Shown here one piece after another: positions 46,497 to 56,591 of a stretch of 64,000 nucleotides of DNA. The stretch is from Myxococcales bacterium (lineage in GTDB: Bacteria > Myxococcota_A > Polyangia > Polyangiales > DASUME01). The DNA lies in assembly GCA_047601445.1 (NCBI GenBank), contig JASGJH010000001.1, forward strand, positions 320,001-384,000, in the 5' to 3' direction. A program made the position numbers and the translations under genes. The notes under the pieces are model-generated. The model made no database searches and had not been told where the DNA came from. It was given only the letters and a program-made list of their open reading frames with translations. How positions within the stretch are numbered: the first letter of the stretch is position 1; every line of letters starts with the position of its first letter.

Positions 46497-48671
46497 CTAC
46501 TGGAGCTCGACGAACGGAGCCGCACAGCGGTTGTTGATGCAGGTTACGCCGCTGGTGTCGTAGCCGCAGCAGTCGGCGTCGCTGACGCAGGTCTCGTCGA
46601 TGTACGAGCATCCCGCGACCGGCGGCACGCAGGTGTATTGGACCTCGCCGAACTCGCCGCTGGCGTCGATCTGGCGGCAGAAGCCCTCGCAGCACTCGGC
46701 GCCCGAGGAGCACGAGTCGCCTTCTTGCTTGCAGGGCTCGAGCGCGGTGAATGCGCGCATGTTGCCGGCCATGAGCTCCTGACCGGGCAGGTAGAACGCC
46801 GGGTGGCTCGGGTCGTCCTTGCCGGTGTAGTCGAGATCGATGGCGGCCACCCAGAGCTTCTTACGCAGGCTGGGATGTTCGGTGTTGTTGTCGAAGGTTC
46901 CCCACTCGTTGTCGGTGCCCGGCACCGTGCCGCCCGGTGCCAGCGTGTGACCGTAGGCACGGCGACTCGTGAAGATGACCCAGTAGTAACCGCCCACCGG
47001 CACCGGCAGCACCGACGGCTCGTAGTTGCGCCGGCTCTCCTCGTCGACGCCGTAGGGGAAGTAGCTGTCCGTGGCGTTGATCCAGCCGTTGAGGGCGGCC
47101 AGCTTGTTCACCTTGTTCGCCGTGATGTCCGCCAGGCGCAGCTCGGCGTAGGACGGCTTCGCGCCGTACTGGCCGGTGTCGAAGCGGTCGCCCTCGTGGA
47201 ACAGCACGCCCTTGGCATCGGGCACGAAGCTGGGCCAGCCCACCACGCCGGGCGCGCCGCCGCTCACGGTAGGGCCCACGAAGTCGGCCACCGTCACGGG
47301 CGCACCGAAGGTCGGGGGCTGGGTCGTCAGGTCCACGTCCATCACCTTCAGCTTCTTGGCCTTCTCGTCGTTGTCGAAGGAGCTGAACGCGAGGCGCTTA
47401 CCGTCGGGCGAGAACACCGGCGTGAGGGCGTACTTGACCTGGCTGGTGAGCGTGGGAGCGGCGATCACCGCGCCGGTCTTGCTGTCGATGAGCTGGCTCG
47501 GGTAGTCGCCACCGAGGCCGCGGATGGTGCTGTCGTTCGGCACGCCGCAGTTGACCAGCATACTGCCGTCGGGCGTGAAGCCCGCGAACGGATACTTGCG
47601 GCCCTCGGTGTCCTGCACGCGCACGGGCGCGCTGCCGTCCGCCATCAAGTCGAAGGTGGCCGAGTCCTTGGGGTTGCCGCTGTCGCCCCACTGCACGCCT
47701 GCGCCGAGCACGTTGCCGTGCGCGCTGACCGAGTGGCACACAGTGCAGCCGCCGTCGTTCTTGTTGAACGCCGTGGAGATCAGCACTTCTGCGTCGGAGC
47801 CCGGGCGAATGCGCATCACCGCGCCGGAGTTCTTGGCCAGCGGCGAGTTGTAGCTGTTGTAGTAGATGATGCCCTTGAGATCGCCGGCGGCGATGCGCCA
47901 GGTCTGCGTGGCCGGACCGACCACCGAGCTACCGACCAGCTTGAGCACTTCCAGCGAGACCTCCTGGGTGCCGTCCGACGAGTTGGTAAGAGCGTCCCAG
48001 ATCTCCGCAGGCAGCTGGATGCTGGCCGGGTTCTTCGTGGTGAAGTAGCCCTTGTAACTGAAGTCGCCGACCTTGGCCGTGATGCGCGTGGCATCGGCTG
48101 CGCCGTCGCCGAACTGCATGAACGGTCCCGGCAGCCCGCGCGGGAAGACGGTCTTGTCGTAGGGGTAGAGCCACTTGAAGTTCGCGTTGGCCGTGGGCGG
48201 CGTGCTGTCGAGCGCAGTCTTCTGCTCCGGCGTCACTCCGTCTTCACTGCGCTCGACGTTGGAGACCACGCGCAAGGTGACGCTGCCCGTGTGTCCGTTG
48301 AAGCGCCCGGTGATGGTGGTGGTGCCTGCGACCAAGCCCTTCGAATGGAACACACCATTGGCATCGATGTAGCCGAGCCGCGAGTTGTCGCTCGACCAGG
48401 TGACCGTCTTGAGCGGCATGCCGTCCAGCAAGGCCGTGAGCTGGAGCGTGGACTCATCGCCGGTGACCTGCAGCATGGGCGGGTTCGGCTCGAAGGTCAG
48501 CATGCTCAGCGCCGCATCACTCGGGTTCCCACCGTCGTCGGTGCTCGCGTCGGAGCCTCCATCGAGCAGGTCGCCGTGCGGCGACTTTCCGCCACCGGAA
48601 CAGCCGATGAGACACGCGAGCATCGAGCCAGCGATCAAAGAGGGTGAGAAGGTGCGAAGTCGAGCAGTCAT
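46497..48671 (-). CDS. Lipoprotein with Ig-like region, TolB/PD40-like propeller and Cys-rich C-terminus
   Basis: Lipobox LIG-C; YPYDKTVFP; CTVCH; PVFSPDGKRLAF; IFTSRR; C-terminal C-x6-C-x5-CC modules. Confidence 0.8.
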   Translation of the reverse strand: MTARLRTFSPSLIAGSMLACLIGCSGGGKSPHGDLLDGGSDASTDDGGNPSDAALSMLTFEPNPPMLQVTGDESTLQLTALLDGMPLKTVTWSSDNSRLGYIDANGVFHSKGLVAGTTTITGRFNGHTGSVTLRVVSNVERSEDGVTPEQKTALDSTPPTANANFKWLYPYDKTVFPRGLPGPFMQFGDGAADATRITAKVGDFSYKGYFTTKNPASIQLPAEIWDALTNSSDGTQEVSLEVLKLVGSSVVGPATQTWRIAAGDLKGIIYYNSYNSPLAKNSGAVMRIRPGSDAEVLISTAFNKNDGGCTVCHSVSAHGNVLGAGVQWGDSGNPKDSATFDLMADGSAPVRVQDTEGRKYPFAGFTPDGSMLVNCGVPNDSTIRGLGGDYPSQLIDSKTGAVIAAPTLTSQVKYALTPVFSPDGKRLAFSSFDNDEKAKKLKVMDVDLTTQPPTFGAPVTVADFVGPTVSGGAPGVVGWPSFVPDAKGVLFHEGDRFDTGQYGAKPSYAELRLADITANKVNKLAALNGWINATDSYFPYGVDEESRRNYEPSVLPVPVGGYYWVIFTSRRAYGHTLAPGGTVPGTDNEWGTFDNNTEHPSLRKKLWVAAIDLDYTGKDDPSHPAFYLPGQELMAGNMRAFTALEPCKQEGDSCSSGAECCEGFCRQIDASGEFGEVQYTCVPPVAGCSYIDETCVSDADCCGYDTSGVTCINNRCAAPFVELQ

Positions 48672-48826
48672 GCTCGCAAAGTACACTCTGAGCACTACAT
48701 TCGAGGCCAATTTTTCGGCCTTAACCGGATCCAGGGGGTTGTGCGTAACGCATGCGCCTACCGAGGCTCTGTGCGTGCTACAGGCGCGCCCGGGCTAGCC
48801 GATCCGTTGAGAGTGGATTCCCAGAA

Positions 48827-50137
48827 CTAGTTCTTCATGCGGTCGAGCAAGCGCTTCGCTTCGTCGTCCTGCGGATCGAGCTCGAGGGCGCGCAAGAGCG
48901 AGTTCTTGGCGGTGTCGAGGTCTTTGCTTTCGAGCGCGAGCTGACCTTTTACATGGTGAGCAAACGCGAGATGACGATCCTGGGCCAGGGTGCGTGTACA
49001 CAGCTCGGAAAGCATGTCGCGCCACTTTCCTGCGCGACCCGTGGAGAGATAGGCGGACCAGGCCGCGAACAGAGCGTACTCGAGAGCACTCGGGCGCAGG
49101 TTGGAGGCCTCACGGAAGGCGTCCGCTGCCGCACCATATTCGCCCGCGCGCAAGAGCTCTTTTCCCTGCAAGAAGGCACTGTCTGCCAGGAGCTTTTCCT
49201 TGCCGGGCAGGCTGACCACGTCGCCGGGAGGAGGCGGTGGCCGAATGGAGTCATGGGCGGCCGTGGGGCTCGGCGCGTCGCTCACGCGAATGCTGCGGCG
49301 CGGGGTGCGGGCGAGATCCTCGATCACGAAGGGACCACTCTCGTCCGGGGCGTCGAGCTCCGGGGCCTCCACTTGATCGCAGAGGGTTAGCGCGACCAAC
49401 ACGTGGCCCACGCGCGGGTTGCGCGCGGCCGGACCCGCCATGACGTGCCCGATCGTCTGGGCGATCAGGATCTGGTCCAACATGGCTTCCTCGAAGTCGC
49501 CGAAGCCAAAGCGCGAGCCGACATGCTCGCGCTCCGAGCGCAGCCGCACGGTCTCACGCCACAAGGGCGACAGCACATCCTGCACGCGCTCGCCCGAGAA
49601 ATGCCGGGCCACGCCCGCCAGCAGCAGTGGCTCCACATGGAGCGGGGCACCCGCGAGCGCCTGCACCCCGTGTTCCTCGGTGATGAAAGTGTGCTGGTTG
49701 CGCTCCCAGTGCAGACAGCGCTGAAGCTTGTCGCGCACCTGGTCGCGCAGGGCGTCGTCCAAGACCTCACTCTCGAGCACGCCGAGGCGCCGGGCGACTT
49801 CCCCGAATTTCAGGCGTCCCTGGAGCAACATGCGCTGCTCCTCGATCATCGCCAGCGTGGACTCTGAAATCTTCCCACGCTGCACCAGCAAGCGACCCAG
49901 GCTGTCGGCGGGCAGTCCGCCTTCCACGAACACCGGGTGGCCGTCGCGCATGCGGACGATGGTGACTACACCTTCGGCTTCCACCCGAAGCGTCCCCGTG
50001 GCGCCTCGGTGCTGGATGCTCAGGAGGGTCCGAACCAGGCGGTAGTCCGCGCGGTGCATCAGCACGGCGCACGGCTCTGGGGCCGGCTCGAGGCCAGCGT
50101 ATCTGGGCTCGCTGGGTGGCTTGGGCTCCGAGGCCAT
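48827..50137 (-). CDS. DUF4388-like domain + TPR protein
   Basis: TGTLRV...DSLGRLLVQRGKI...FGEV N-domain; C-terminal TPR (RALELDPQD). Confidence 0.75.
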   Translation of the reverse strand: MASEPKPPSEPRYAGLEPAPEPCAVLMHRADYRLVRTLLSIQHRGATGTLRVEAEGVVTIVRMRDGHPVFVEGGLPADSLGRLLVQRGKISESTLAMIEEQRMLLQGRLKFGEVARRLGVLESEVLDDALRDQVRDKLQRCLHWERNQHTFITEEHGVQALAGAPLHVEPLLLAGVARHFSGERVQDVLSPLWRETVRLRSEREHVGSRFGFGDFEEAMLDQILIAQTIGHVMAGPAARNPRVGHVLVALTLCDQVEAPELDAPDESGPFVIEDLARTPRRSIRVSDAPSPTAAHDSIRPPPPPGDVVSLPGKEKLLADSAFLQGKELLRAGEYGAAADAFREASNLRPSALEYALFAAWSAYLSTGRAGKWRDMLSELCTRTLAQDRHLAFAHHVKGQLALESKDLDTAKNSLLRALELDPQDDEAKRLLDRMKN

Positions 50138-50374
50138 GGACCGAACGCTCTAGCATGCGGGGACGGTGAGGCCAGCGTGCATAACTTAGGACGGTCAGGT
50201 GTCGGCGACCGCGAGGCGTGTCCGCGGAGACGCACACGATGTGGTTCTACAGCCGCAGATTTCAGGCCTGTGGGACCCGGACTCGATTAGGTGACGAGAC
50301 CAGCCTCGGATGTTATGCAGGGCCTTTGCGAGAAGCCGAACGACTGACCTCGGCGCGAGTTTTCCGCTGTCTCC

Positions 50375-50390
50375 TGGCACGGACCTCGCA
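50375..50390 (+). promoter_or_regulatory. Candidate sigma54 promoter for the L,D-transpeptidase gene
   Basis: TGGCACGGACCTCGCA, GG-N10-GC, 17 bp before ATG 50408. Confidence 0.5.
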
Positions 50391-50407
50391 GAGTCAGTGT
50401 CGCTGTG

Positions 50408-52849
50408 ATGGACGGCAAAGACGTGATGGGCCAGGGCCGGAGTAGCCGCGCAGCCTGGCCGAAGGGTGAGCCTGAGGTGTCTAACGCATCGTTTCTACGA
50501 TCCTCCCGTGGCTCGCGCGCCCGAGGGCGCGCTTCGACTCTTGGCCCGCGCCTGAGCGGTCGGGGGCCACGCCTCGCGTCGTTCGCCCTGGCGAGCGCGC
50601 TCTGCATGGTGTGTCTCCCTGCATGTGAGGATCATGCGCCCAAAGGCGCCGACGCAGGCTCCCCCAAGGAGAGCGTCAAGGTCGTCGAGTCGACGGGCCC
50701 GAAGCCGGCCCTGGTGCCCACCGAACCGCCACCGCGGGAGCTGCTCGAGCCGGTGGATCTCTGGCGCAACGGTCAGCCGTCCGGTCAAGTCGACGCTCAG
50801 GGCAGCGATGCGGGCGAGTACGTCTTCCTCGACCTCGGCGAAGCCTGGACGCCCGTCCTCTTCAGCGACGGCGTGGGGGCCGATGGCAAGGAGTTCCTCC
50901 ACAGCTTCAAGGCCACCTATCTGACCCTGGCACGCGGCCAGTTCCCGGAGGGCCCGTACGGCGATCGCGCGCGCGACGACAAGTACTTCGAGCTCTACGG
51001 CATCATGCCCACGCTCGCGGTGCTGCAGAAGCGCCTGACCTGGGCCCAGGATCTCGAGTGCTCCAAGCATCTGGATCTCACGGCCATCAACAACTTCAAC
51101 GGCGTGGTGTCCTACGAAGGGCCCGACGAGGCGCTGGTCACGCGCACGCGCTACCTGGTCGCGCGCAACCGCGTCGACAAGATCCTCGCCGAGCAGAACG
51201 TCACCGACCCTGCTCAAATCAACCTCGAGCTCGTGGCCGACAAGGACAAGCCGCAGGTCAAGTACTACGCGCGGTTCCACGACGACTTCGAGGCCATCAA
51301 GGCCGCGCAGGACCGCCTCCTGTGTGAGGGGTATTTCAAGGGCAAGGGTAGGTGGACCAAGGGCGCCTTCGATTGGCCCACCCACGAGGCGCTGGCCGAG
51401 TTCGAACGACGTCACCGCGTGTACAGCTGGGGCGCCATGGGCCGCGACACGCTCGAGGCCCTGCGCATGGACACCGCGGCGGTGGAGCACGAGACGGTGA
51501 TTCGCGTGCTGACCGAGCGCGCGATGCACGCCTTCGGCGCCATCGAAGACGGCAGCGCCAAGAAGAGCGACGGTTCGCCTGTCACGTACAAGGGCGCCGA
51601 CGGTCAGATGCACGCCGTGCCGAACTTGGAATCCGAGCTGCGCAATGCGGTCATCGAGGCGTTCGGACTGAAGGACCCGAGCGGCACCGCCGCGTTCCTG
51701 GCCAAGCTCGGCAAGCTCGAGCCCGACGGCCACCGCTATGTCGCGATCCCCGGACCGCGTCGCCCTGAATACCACTCGCCCAACATGGAGATCAGCGTCT
51801 CCATCGATCGCGGCGACGTTTGGTACGCGTTCCCCTTCGACGAACAGGGCAAGGAAAAGCCGCAGCCCGTCTCGCGGCGGCCTCACACCACGATCCTGGT
51901 GAAATACCTCGACCAGGTGTTCCCCATCGCCAGCTTCGGCACCACCATCGGCGGTTGGCGCAGCGAGCTCATCGACAACACGGTGTGGTGGAAATACAAG
52001 GGCTCCGAGTTCGGCGAAGTGGTGTGGGAAGAGATCGTGTCGGCGCCCGTCTGGCTGCCGCCGAACACCACGCCGCCGCGCGACCTCCTCAAGCGCCGCG
52101 AGCGGCGCAAGCCCGGCGAGACCAAGTGGGAGCCCAACTACCACGAGACCGGTCCGAGCTACGCCTCCGCCTACGGCCTGGTGGCGGCCTACCATCGTCC
52201 CTTCGCGCGTCGGGCGGACGGCAGCGTCCGCGTGACCGGCGACGAGGGCATCCGCTCGCACGGGTCGGTGGACTACATGAGCATCATGCGGCGCCACTCC
52301 CACGGCTGTCACCGCTTGCACAATCACATCGCGGTGCGGCTGTTCTCCTTCGTGGTCAACCACCGCCCGCACAAGCGCGAGGGCCACGCGCCCGCCAGCT
52401 TCTACATGGGCCTCGAGTACGAGGGGGAGAAGCACGCCATCTCGATCAAGCAGGGCGGCTACGTCTTCAAGCTCGATCAGCCCATCTTCGTGATGGTCGA
52501 GGAAGGCCGCATCCGAGGCTCGGTGGAGCGCCCGGTCACCACGTTGATCCCCAAGTACCACGAGGAGTGCAAGGGCTACTACATGCCCGATGGCAGCGCG
52601 GTGATCCCCAAGGACAACGGCGCCCTGGTGCCGGCACCCAACGCCGCGCCTTGCTTGCCCATCCTGGAGGCCGCGAAGGCCGCTGCAGCGCTGGCGGCAG
52701 GCACGGCCATCGGCGGCGACGCGGGCGTGCCCCCGAGCGCCTCTCAGGTACCTGTGCCGAGTGAGCCGCCCACCAGCCATGGTGAGACCACGCCCGGAGC
52801 CGGCACGCCCGGCGCCACGGTCGGCGCTGTGCCCGCAGCGGCGCCCTGA
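50408..52849 (+). CDS. Large L,D-transpeptidase (YkuD) family lipoprotein with a peptidoglycan-binding-like segment
   Basis: Lipobox-like LPA-C; GAFDWPTHEALAEFE; PVWLPP; catalytic IRSHGS...SHGCHRLHN. Start uncertain. Confidence 0.8.
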   Translation: MDGKDVMGQGRSSRAAWPKGEPEVSNASFLRSSRGSRARGRASTLGPRLSGRGPRLASFALASALCMVCLPACEDHAPKGADAGSPKESVKVVESTGPKPALVPTEPPPRELLEPVDLWRNGQPSGQVDAQGSDAGEYVFLDLGEAWTPVLFSDGVGADGKEFLHSFKATYLTLARGQFPEGPYGDRARDDKYFELYGIMPTLAVLQKRLTWAQDLECSKHLDLTAINNFNGVVSYEGPDEALVTRTRYLVARNRVDKILAEQNVTDPAQINLELVADKDKPQVKYYARFHDDFEAIKAAQDRLLCEGYFKGKGRWTKGAFDWPTHEALAEFERRHRVYSWGAMGRDTLEALRMDTAAVEHETVIRVLTERAMHAFGAIEDGSAKKSDGSPVTYKGADGQMHAVPNLESELRNAVIEAFGLKDPSGTAAFLAKLGKLEPDGHRYVAIPGPRRPEYHSPNMEISVSIDRGDVWYAFPFDEQGKEKPQPVSRRPHTTILVKYLDQVFPIASFGTTIGGWRSELIDNTVWWKYKGSEFGEVVWEEIVSAPVWLPPNTTPPRDLLKRRERRKPGETKWEPNYHETGPSYASAYGLVAAYHRPFARRADGSVRVTGDEGIRSHGSVDYMSIMRRHSHGCHRLHNHIAVRLFSFVVNHRPHKREGHAPASFYMGLEYEGEKHAISIKQGGYVFKLDQPIFVMVEEGRIRGSVERPVTTLIPKYHEECKGYYMPDGSAVIPKDNGALVPAPNAAPCLPILEAAKAAAALAAGTAIGGDAGVPPSASQVPVPSEPPTSHGETTPGAGTPGATVGAVPAAAP

Positions 52850-52884
52850 ACCGAACCTGGCAGGACCCGAAACCGGCCCTTTGC

Positions 52885-54933
52885 TCAGTGCTTGCTGGCT
52901 AGCGGCCCCGTGCTGCTGTGCGGGGTGGTTGTCGGGCGTGGCGCGACCCGGTCGACGTCGACGGTGTAGCCCACCAACACGTCGTAGATGGAAGCCACCG
53001 TGGCGGCCTCCTGCAATACGGCCGCGTCGACCTGGCTGAGCTCGTGCCGCTGCTCGAGATCGCTGCCCCGATAGACGAACGGCGCCGCATCCATGCGGGC
53101 ATACAGGGAGAAATCCCGCGATTCATAGGCGTAATTGCCCGCGCGACCCACCACGGTGAAGGCGCGCTCCCGGTCCTGATGCAACAGCGAGTGGCCCATG
53201 TAGCTGTTGTCGTCGAACACGCCCGCCAGCTCGGTGATGGTGGGGGCGAGATCGAGGTGACAGGCCACGCCGGTCTGCGCGCCGCGCGGCAAGCGCGGGT
53301 CACGCCCGTGCACGATCAGCGGCACCCAGGTGGTCTCGTGGCGCAAGTTGTCGTGTCCGCCCGATTCACCACGGTCGCCCAGGTCGAAGGCATGGTCTCC
53401 GGTGATGACCCAGATAGTGTTTTCGAACCAAGCCTCGCCGCGCAGGCTCTCGTAGAGCTCGCGGACGACGTCGTCCGTGTAGTGCATGGTGTTGTGCAAG
53501 CGCTCGCGCGCCGTGTTGCCCGACGTGACGTTCAGCGCGGGCTCGGGGGAGCGAAACGGGGTGTGATTGCTGATGGAGGACAGATACGCGAAGAAGGGCT
53601 TGCCCTGCTTGCCTACCTCGCGCAGGCGCCGGCTCGCGCGGCGGAAGGTCAAGCGGTCTTGCTCGTGATCGGCGGGCGAGAAGTCGACTTCGTCGTACCA
53701 GCGTTCGAGCCACACGCGCTGACTGTCCCAGTCCGGATCGCTGCCCGTGAAGTGCAGCGTGCGATAGCCGTGCTCACGCAGTGCGCCGGGGAAGCCTTCG
53801 ATGTGGCGATCGGTGGCCTCGTTGTGCATGCCGTAGCGCGGGTGTGGCAGCAAGCTCGTATGGATCGAGGTGAATGCGTAGACCGTCGGTACGCCGCTGG
53901 CCGTGTAGCGGGTGTAGAAGGCGCTGTCGGGCTGCGCTGCGAGCGCGTCGAGGAACGGGGTGGCTGCGGGGCCGGTGAGGGCCGGGTTCATGCTGCGCAT
54001 GTCCTTCGCGCGAAAGGTCTCCAGCGACAGCACGATGATGTTGGGCGGCGAGCTCGGCTGGGCCGGGGTCGCTCCCACGAAGTGTCGGCGCAGAGGATAT
54101 TCGGGGTCGCCGAAGCGCCAGGCGTGCGTGGCGTCCAGCGCCAGCCAACGTCGCTGATAGCCAGCGGTCGCCACGCGCAGCTCGTTCGCCGACGGGCCAG
54201 CGTGGTGGGGCCGCTTGGCCGTGCGCCAGAAGAGCATCAAGGCCGGCATCACCTTGGTCTGACGCTGCGTTCCACCAGGCACCACGTTCCACAGCAAGGT
54301 AGGCCAGACCAGCCAGAGCACGCCGAGGGCAATCAATCCGCGCCGCTGGAACTGAACTCGACTCGCGCGTGCGGCAACGAGCGCGCATGGGATGAATGCG
54401 AGCGTGGCGCCGACTCCCCACAAGCTCGACCAGGTACCGCCGCGGTCCTCTCCCAGACTCGCCCAAATCACCGAGGGCGTACGATGCATCGCGCCGTAGG
54501 TGCGCACCCAGTCGAGCGACATGTGCATGCCCAGGAAGCGCTGGCACTCGGCGTCCACCGCGCTCACCAGGAGCAAGGACGCAGCGATCGCGACTTGCAG
54601 CGCGAGGGCAGCACGCGCCGGTCGCACGACGGAGGTTCCTAGCGCGCGACGCTGGGTCCAGGCGCACCAGAGCGCGAAGGGCAAGGCCACCACCCCGTGG
54701 CTCCAGGCTGCGTAGTACGCCGCGTGAAACACGTAGTGCGCGGGGTCGAGCGCGAACGGGGCTCCCAGTGGATTGGGGCGCAGGTAAAGGAAGAGCTTCA
54801 GCGCGACCTCGAAGGCTGCTGCACACAGCCCAACGCGTAGGGCGCGCTGAAAGCCAGCGCCCTGGAAGCTCGCGCGGGATCGCGCGGGCGCAGGACGACC
54901 GGCCTCGCGGGGATCGAGGAGGTCTTGGTACAA
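52885..54933 (-). CDS. LTA synthase / sulfatase-family membrane protein
   Basis: About 5 N-terminal TMs; PNIIVLSLETF, TPFLD, SNHTPF, YTD, TGDH, VPLIV and DLAPT motifs. Confidence 0.85.
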   Translation of the reverse strand: MYQDLLDPREAGRPAPARSRASFQGAGFQRALRVGLCAAAFEVALKLFLYLRPNPLGAPFALDPAHYVFHAAYYAAWSHGVVALPFALWCAWTQRRALGTSVVRPARAALALQVAIAASLLLVSAVDAECQRFLGMHMSLDWVRTYGAMHRTPSVIWASLGEDRGGTWSSLWGVGATLAFIPCALVAARASRVQFQRRGLIALGVLWLVWPTLLWNVVPGGTQRQTKVMPALMLFWRTAKRPHHAGPSANELRVATAGYQRRWLALDATHAWRFGDPEYPLRRHFVGATPAQPSSPPNIIVLSLETFRAKDMRSMNPALTGPAATPFLDALAAQPDSAFYTRYTASGVPTVYAFTSIHTSLLPHPRYGMHNEATDRHIEGFPGALREHGYRTLHFTGSDPDWDSQRVWLERWYDEVDFSPADHEQDRLTFRRASRRLREVGKQGKPFFAYLSSISNHTPFRSPEPALNVTSGNTARERLHNTMHYTDDVVRELYESLRGEAWFENTIWVITGDHAFDLGDRGESGGHDNLRHETTWVPLIVHGRDPRLPRGAQTGVACHLDLAPTITELAGVFDDNSYMGHSLLHQDRERAFTVVGRAGNYAYESRDFSLYARMDAAPFVYRGSDLEQRHELSQVDAAVLQEAATVASIYDVLVGYTVDVDRVAPRPTTTPHSSTGPLASKH

Positions 54934-54969
54934 GCGAAACTGTGTCGGGAACGAAACGAGATGGTTACG

Positions 54970-55551
54970 TTATTCCCGCAGAAACGTGTCAAAAGCCCCG
55001 TGCGTCAGGGTGATTGCCGCCAACAACACCAGGGCAGCCAGCCCGAATACGAGGGGCGCGAGTCGCCAGCGACCCCGATTCGAGCCATTCGTCGTGAGCA
55101 GCGGAAAGCAGACCTCGCGGATCTCACCGGCCTCGGCATCGACCAACAGAACGCCAGGCACAGCGAATGCCAGCTGATACTCGAGCATCTGCCGACGCGT
55201 GTCCGAGTGACCTAGCCTCGGCGCCTGATCTCCCGTCTTGACCTCTGCCACCCACGCTTGGCCATTCCGCTCGACCACCAGGTCGGCGATCAGCTGAACC
55301 TGTTCGCGCTGACCGTCCACCTCGAGCGCGTAGCTGCGGGTGATGCGTCGTGCGCGTACCCGATATCCTGCGGCGCGGAGCAGCTGCTCCGCGCGGCGCT
55401 CGCCCGCTTGACCGCGCTCGTTGTAGCGCCTGCCCGCGCGACGCTGGGTCAGCCGTTGCCACGACGCGTTGGCGCGCGCGCCGAGCCAGAGCAGCGCGAG
55501 CGCGAGCACCAGGCCCGCAACGACGATCAGCTCGGAGCGTGAAGCGTGCAC
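54970..55551 (-). CDS. YraN-like PD-(D/E)xK nuclease-fold protein with N- and C-terminal TM helices
   Basis: GQAGERRAEQLLRAAGY and ADLVVERNGQAWVAEVKTG; both ends hydrophobic. Confidence 0.7.
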   Translation of the reverse strand: MHASRSELIVVAGLVLALALLWLGARANASWQRLTQRRAGRRYNERGQAGERRAEQLLRAAGYRVRARRITRSYALEVDGQREQVQLIADLVVERNGQAWVAEVKTGDQAPRLGHSDTRRQMLEYQLAFAVPGVLLVDAEAGEIREVCFPLLTTNGSNRGRWRLAPLVFGLAALVLLAAITLTHGAFDTFLRE

Positions 55552-55655
55552 CTACCTGGCCTCTCATCCCGAGGGCACGCTTCGCAACTTTCCCGCGCGA
55601 CGATTTCCGCGCCAGCGCGCGCAACTCTGGTGCTCGCAAGACGATAGCTACGTGC

Positions 55656-56576
55656 ATGAGTTCCGACCCGCTTGTCCCCGAACGCCTGATCTCGCCGGAC
55701 GACCCGCTCTGGCCCCCCGGCTTGTCCGACCTCGCCGATCCTCCGCAGCGCCTCTGCATGCTCGGCTCGCTGACAGCCTGGGATCGACCCGTCATCGCGA
55801 TCGTCGGCACCCGCCGCAGCGACACCTTCGGCCGCGACTTCACCCGTAACCTGGCGGCCGATTTGGCGCGCCAGGGCTGCATCGTGGTCTCGGGTGGTGC
55901 CCACGGCATCGACACCGAGGCACACCTGGGCGCGCTCGAAGGGAAGGGCACCAGCGTCGCGGTCCTACCGACGGGCCTCGCGCGCCCCTATCCAGAGCGC
56001 AATGGGCGCCTGTTTGCCCGCCTATGTGAGCAGGGGGCGCTGCTCAGCGAGGTGATCGGAGATGCGCCGGGTTATGCGAGTTTGTTCTTGGAACGAAATC
56101 GTCTCGTCGCGGCCATGGCGCGGGTCGTGATCGTGACTCAAGCGCCGCTTGCATCCGGAGCACTGTCCACGGCGGCCCATGCAGCCCGGCTCGGGCGGCC
56201 CGTGTTGGCGGTCCCCTATATGCCCGGAATCATTCGGGGAGAGGGATGCCTCGAGCTCTTGGCCCGCGGGGCGGGGATTTGCAGAAGCGCAGGGGATGTC
56301 CTATCGCTAGCGGCTCCGAGGCCGGCCCAACCCCGGCCAAACCGTTCGTCAAAAAGAGCAAGGAGGCCAAAGAAAGACGAAGAGTTTCAGTGGCTTGATG
56401 AAGACGAAGCAGCGCTCCTGCGAGGCCTTGAGCAGGGTCCACTGGGCGCTGATGAGCTGTGTGAGGCGATTCCGTTACCGGCGCCCCGGGTTCAGCGAGC
56501 CATCTTGATGCTTCTGCTTTCCAAGGTCATCCAAGAGGTAGGTGGCGGTCGCTACATGCGCACCGACCCCCGTTGA
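55656..56576 (+). CDS. dprA: DNA-processing protein DprA
   Basis: IAIVGTR, VSGGAHGID..AH.GAL, FLERNRLVA, SGALSTA and C-terminal winged helix. Confidence 0.93.
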   Translation: MSSDPLVPERLISPDDPLWPPGLSDLADPPQRLCMLGSLTAWDRPVIAIVGTRRSDTFGRDFTRNLAADLARQGCIVVSGGAHGIDTEAHLGALEGKGTSVAVLPTGLARPYPERNGRLFARLCEQGALLSEVIGDAPGYASLFLERNRLVAAMARVVIVTQAPLASGALSTAAHAARLGRPVLAVPYMPGIIRGEGCLELLARGAGICRSAGDVLSLAAPRPAQPRPNRSSKRARRPKKDEEFQWLDEDEAALLRGLEQGPLGADELCEAIPLPAPRVQRAILMLLLSKVIQEVGGGRYMRTDPR

Positions 56577-56591
56577 AAGGACCCCGCCGAG

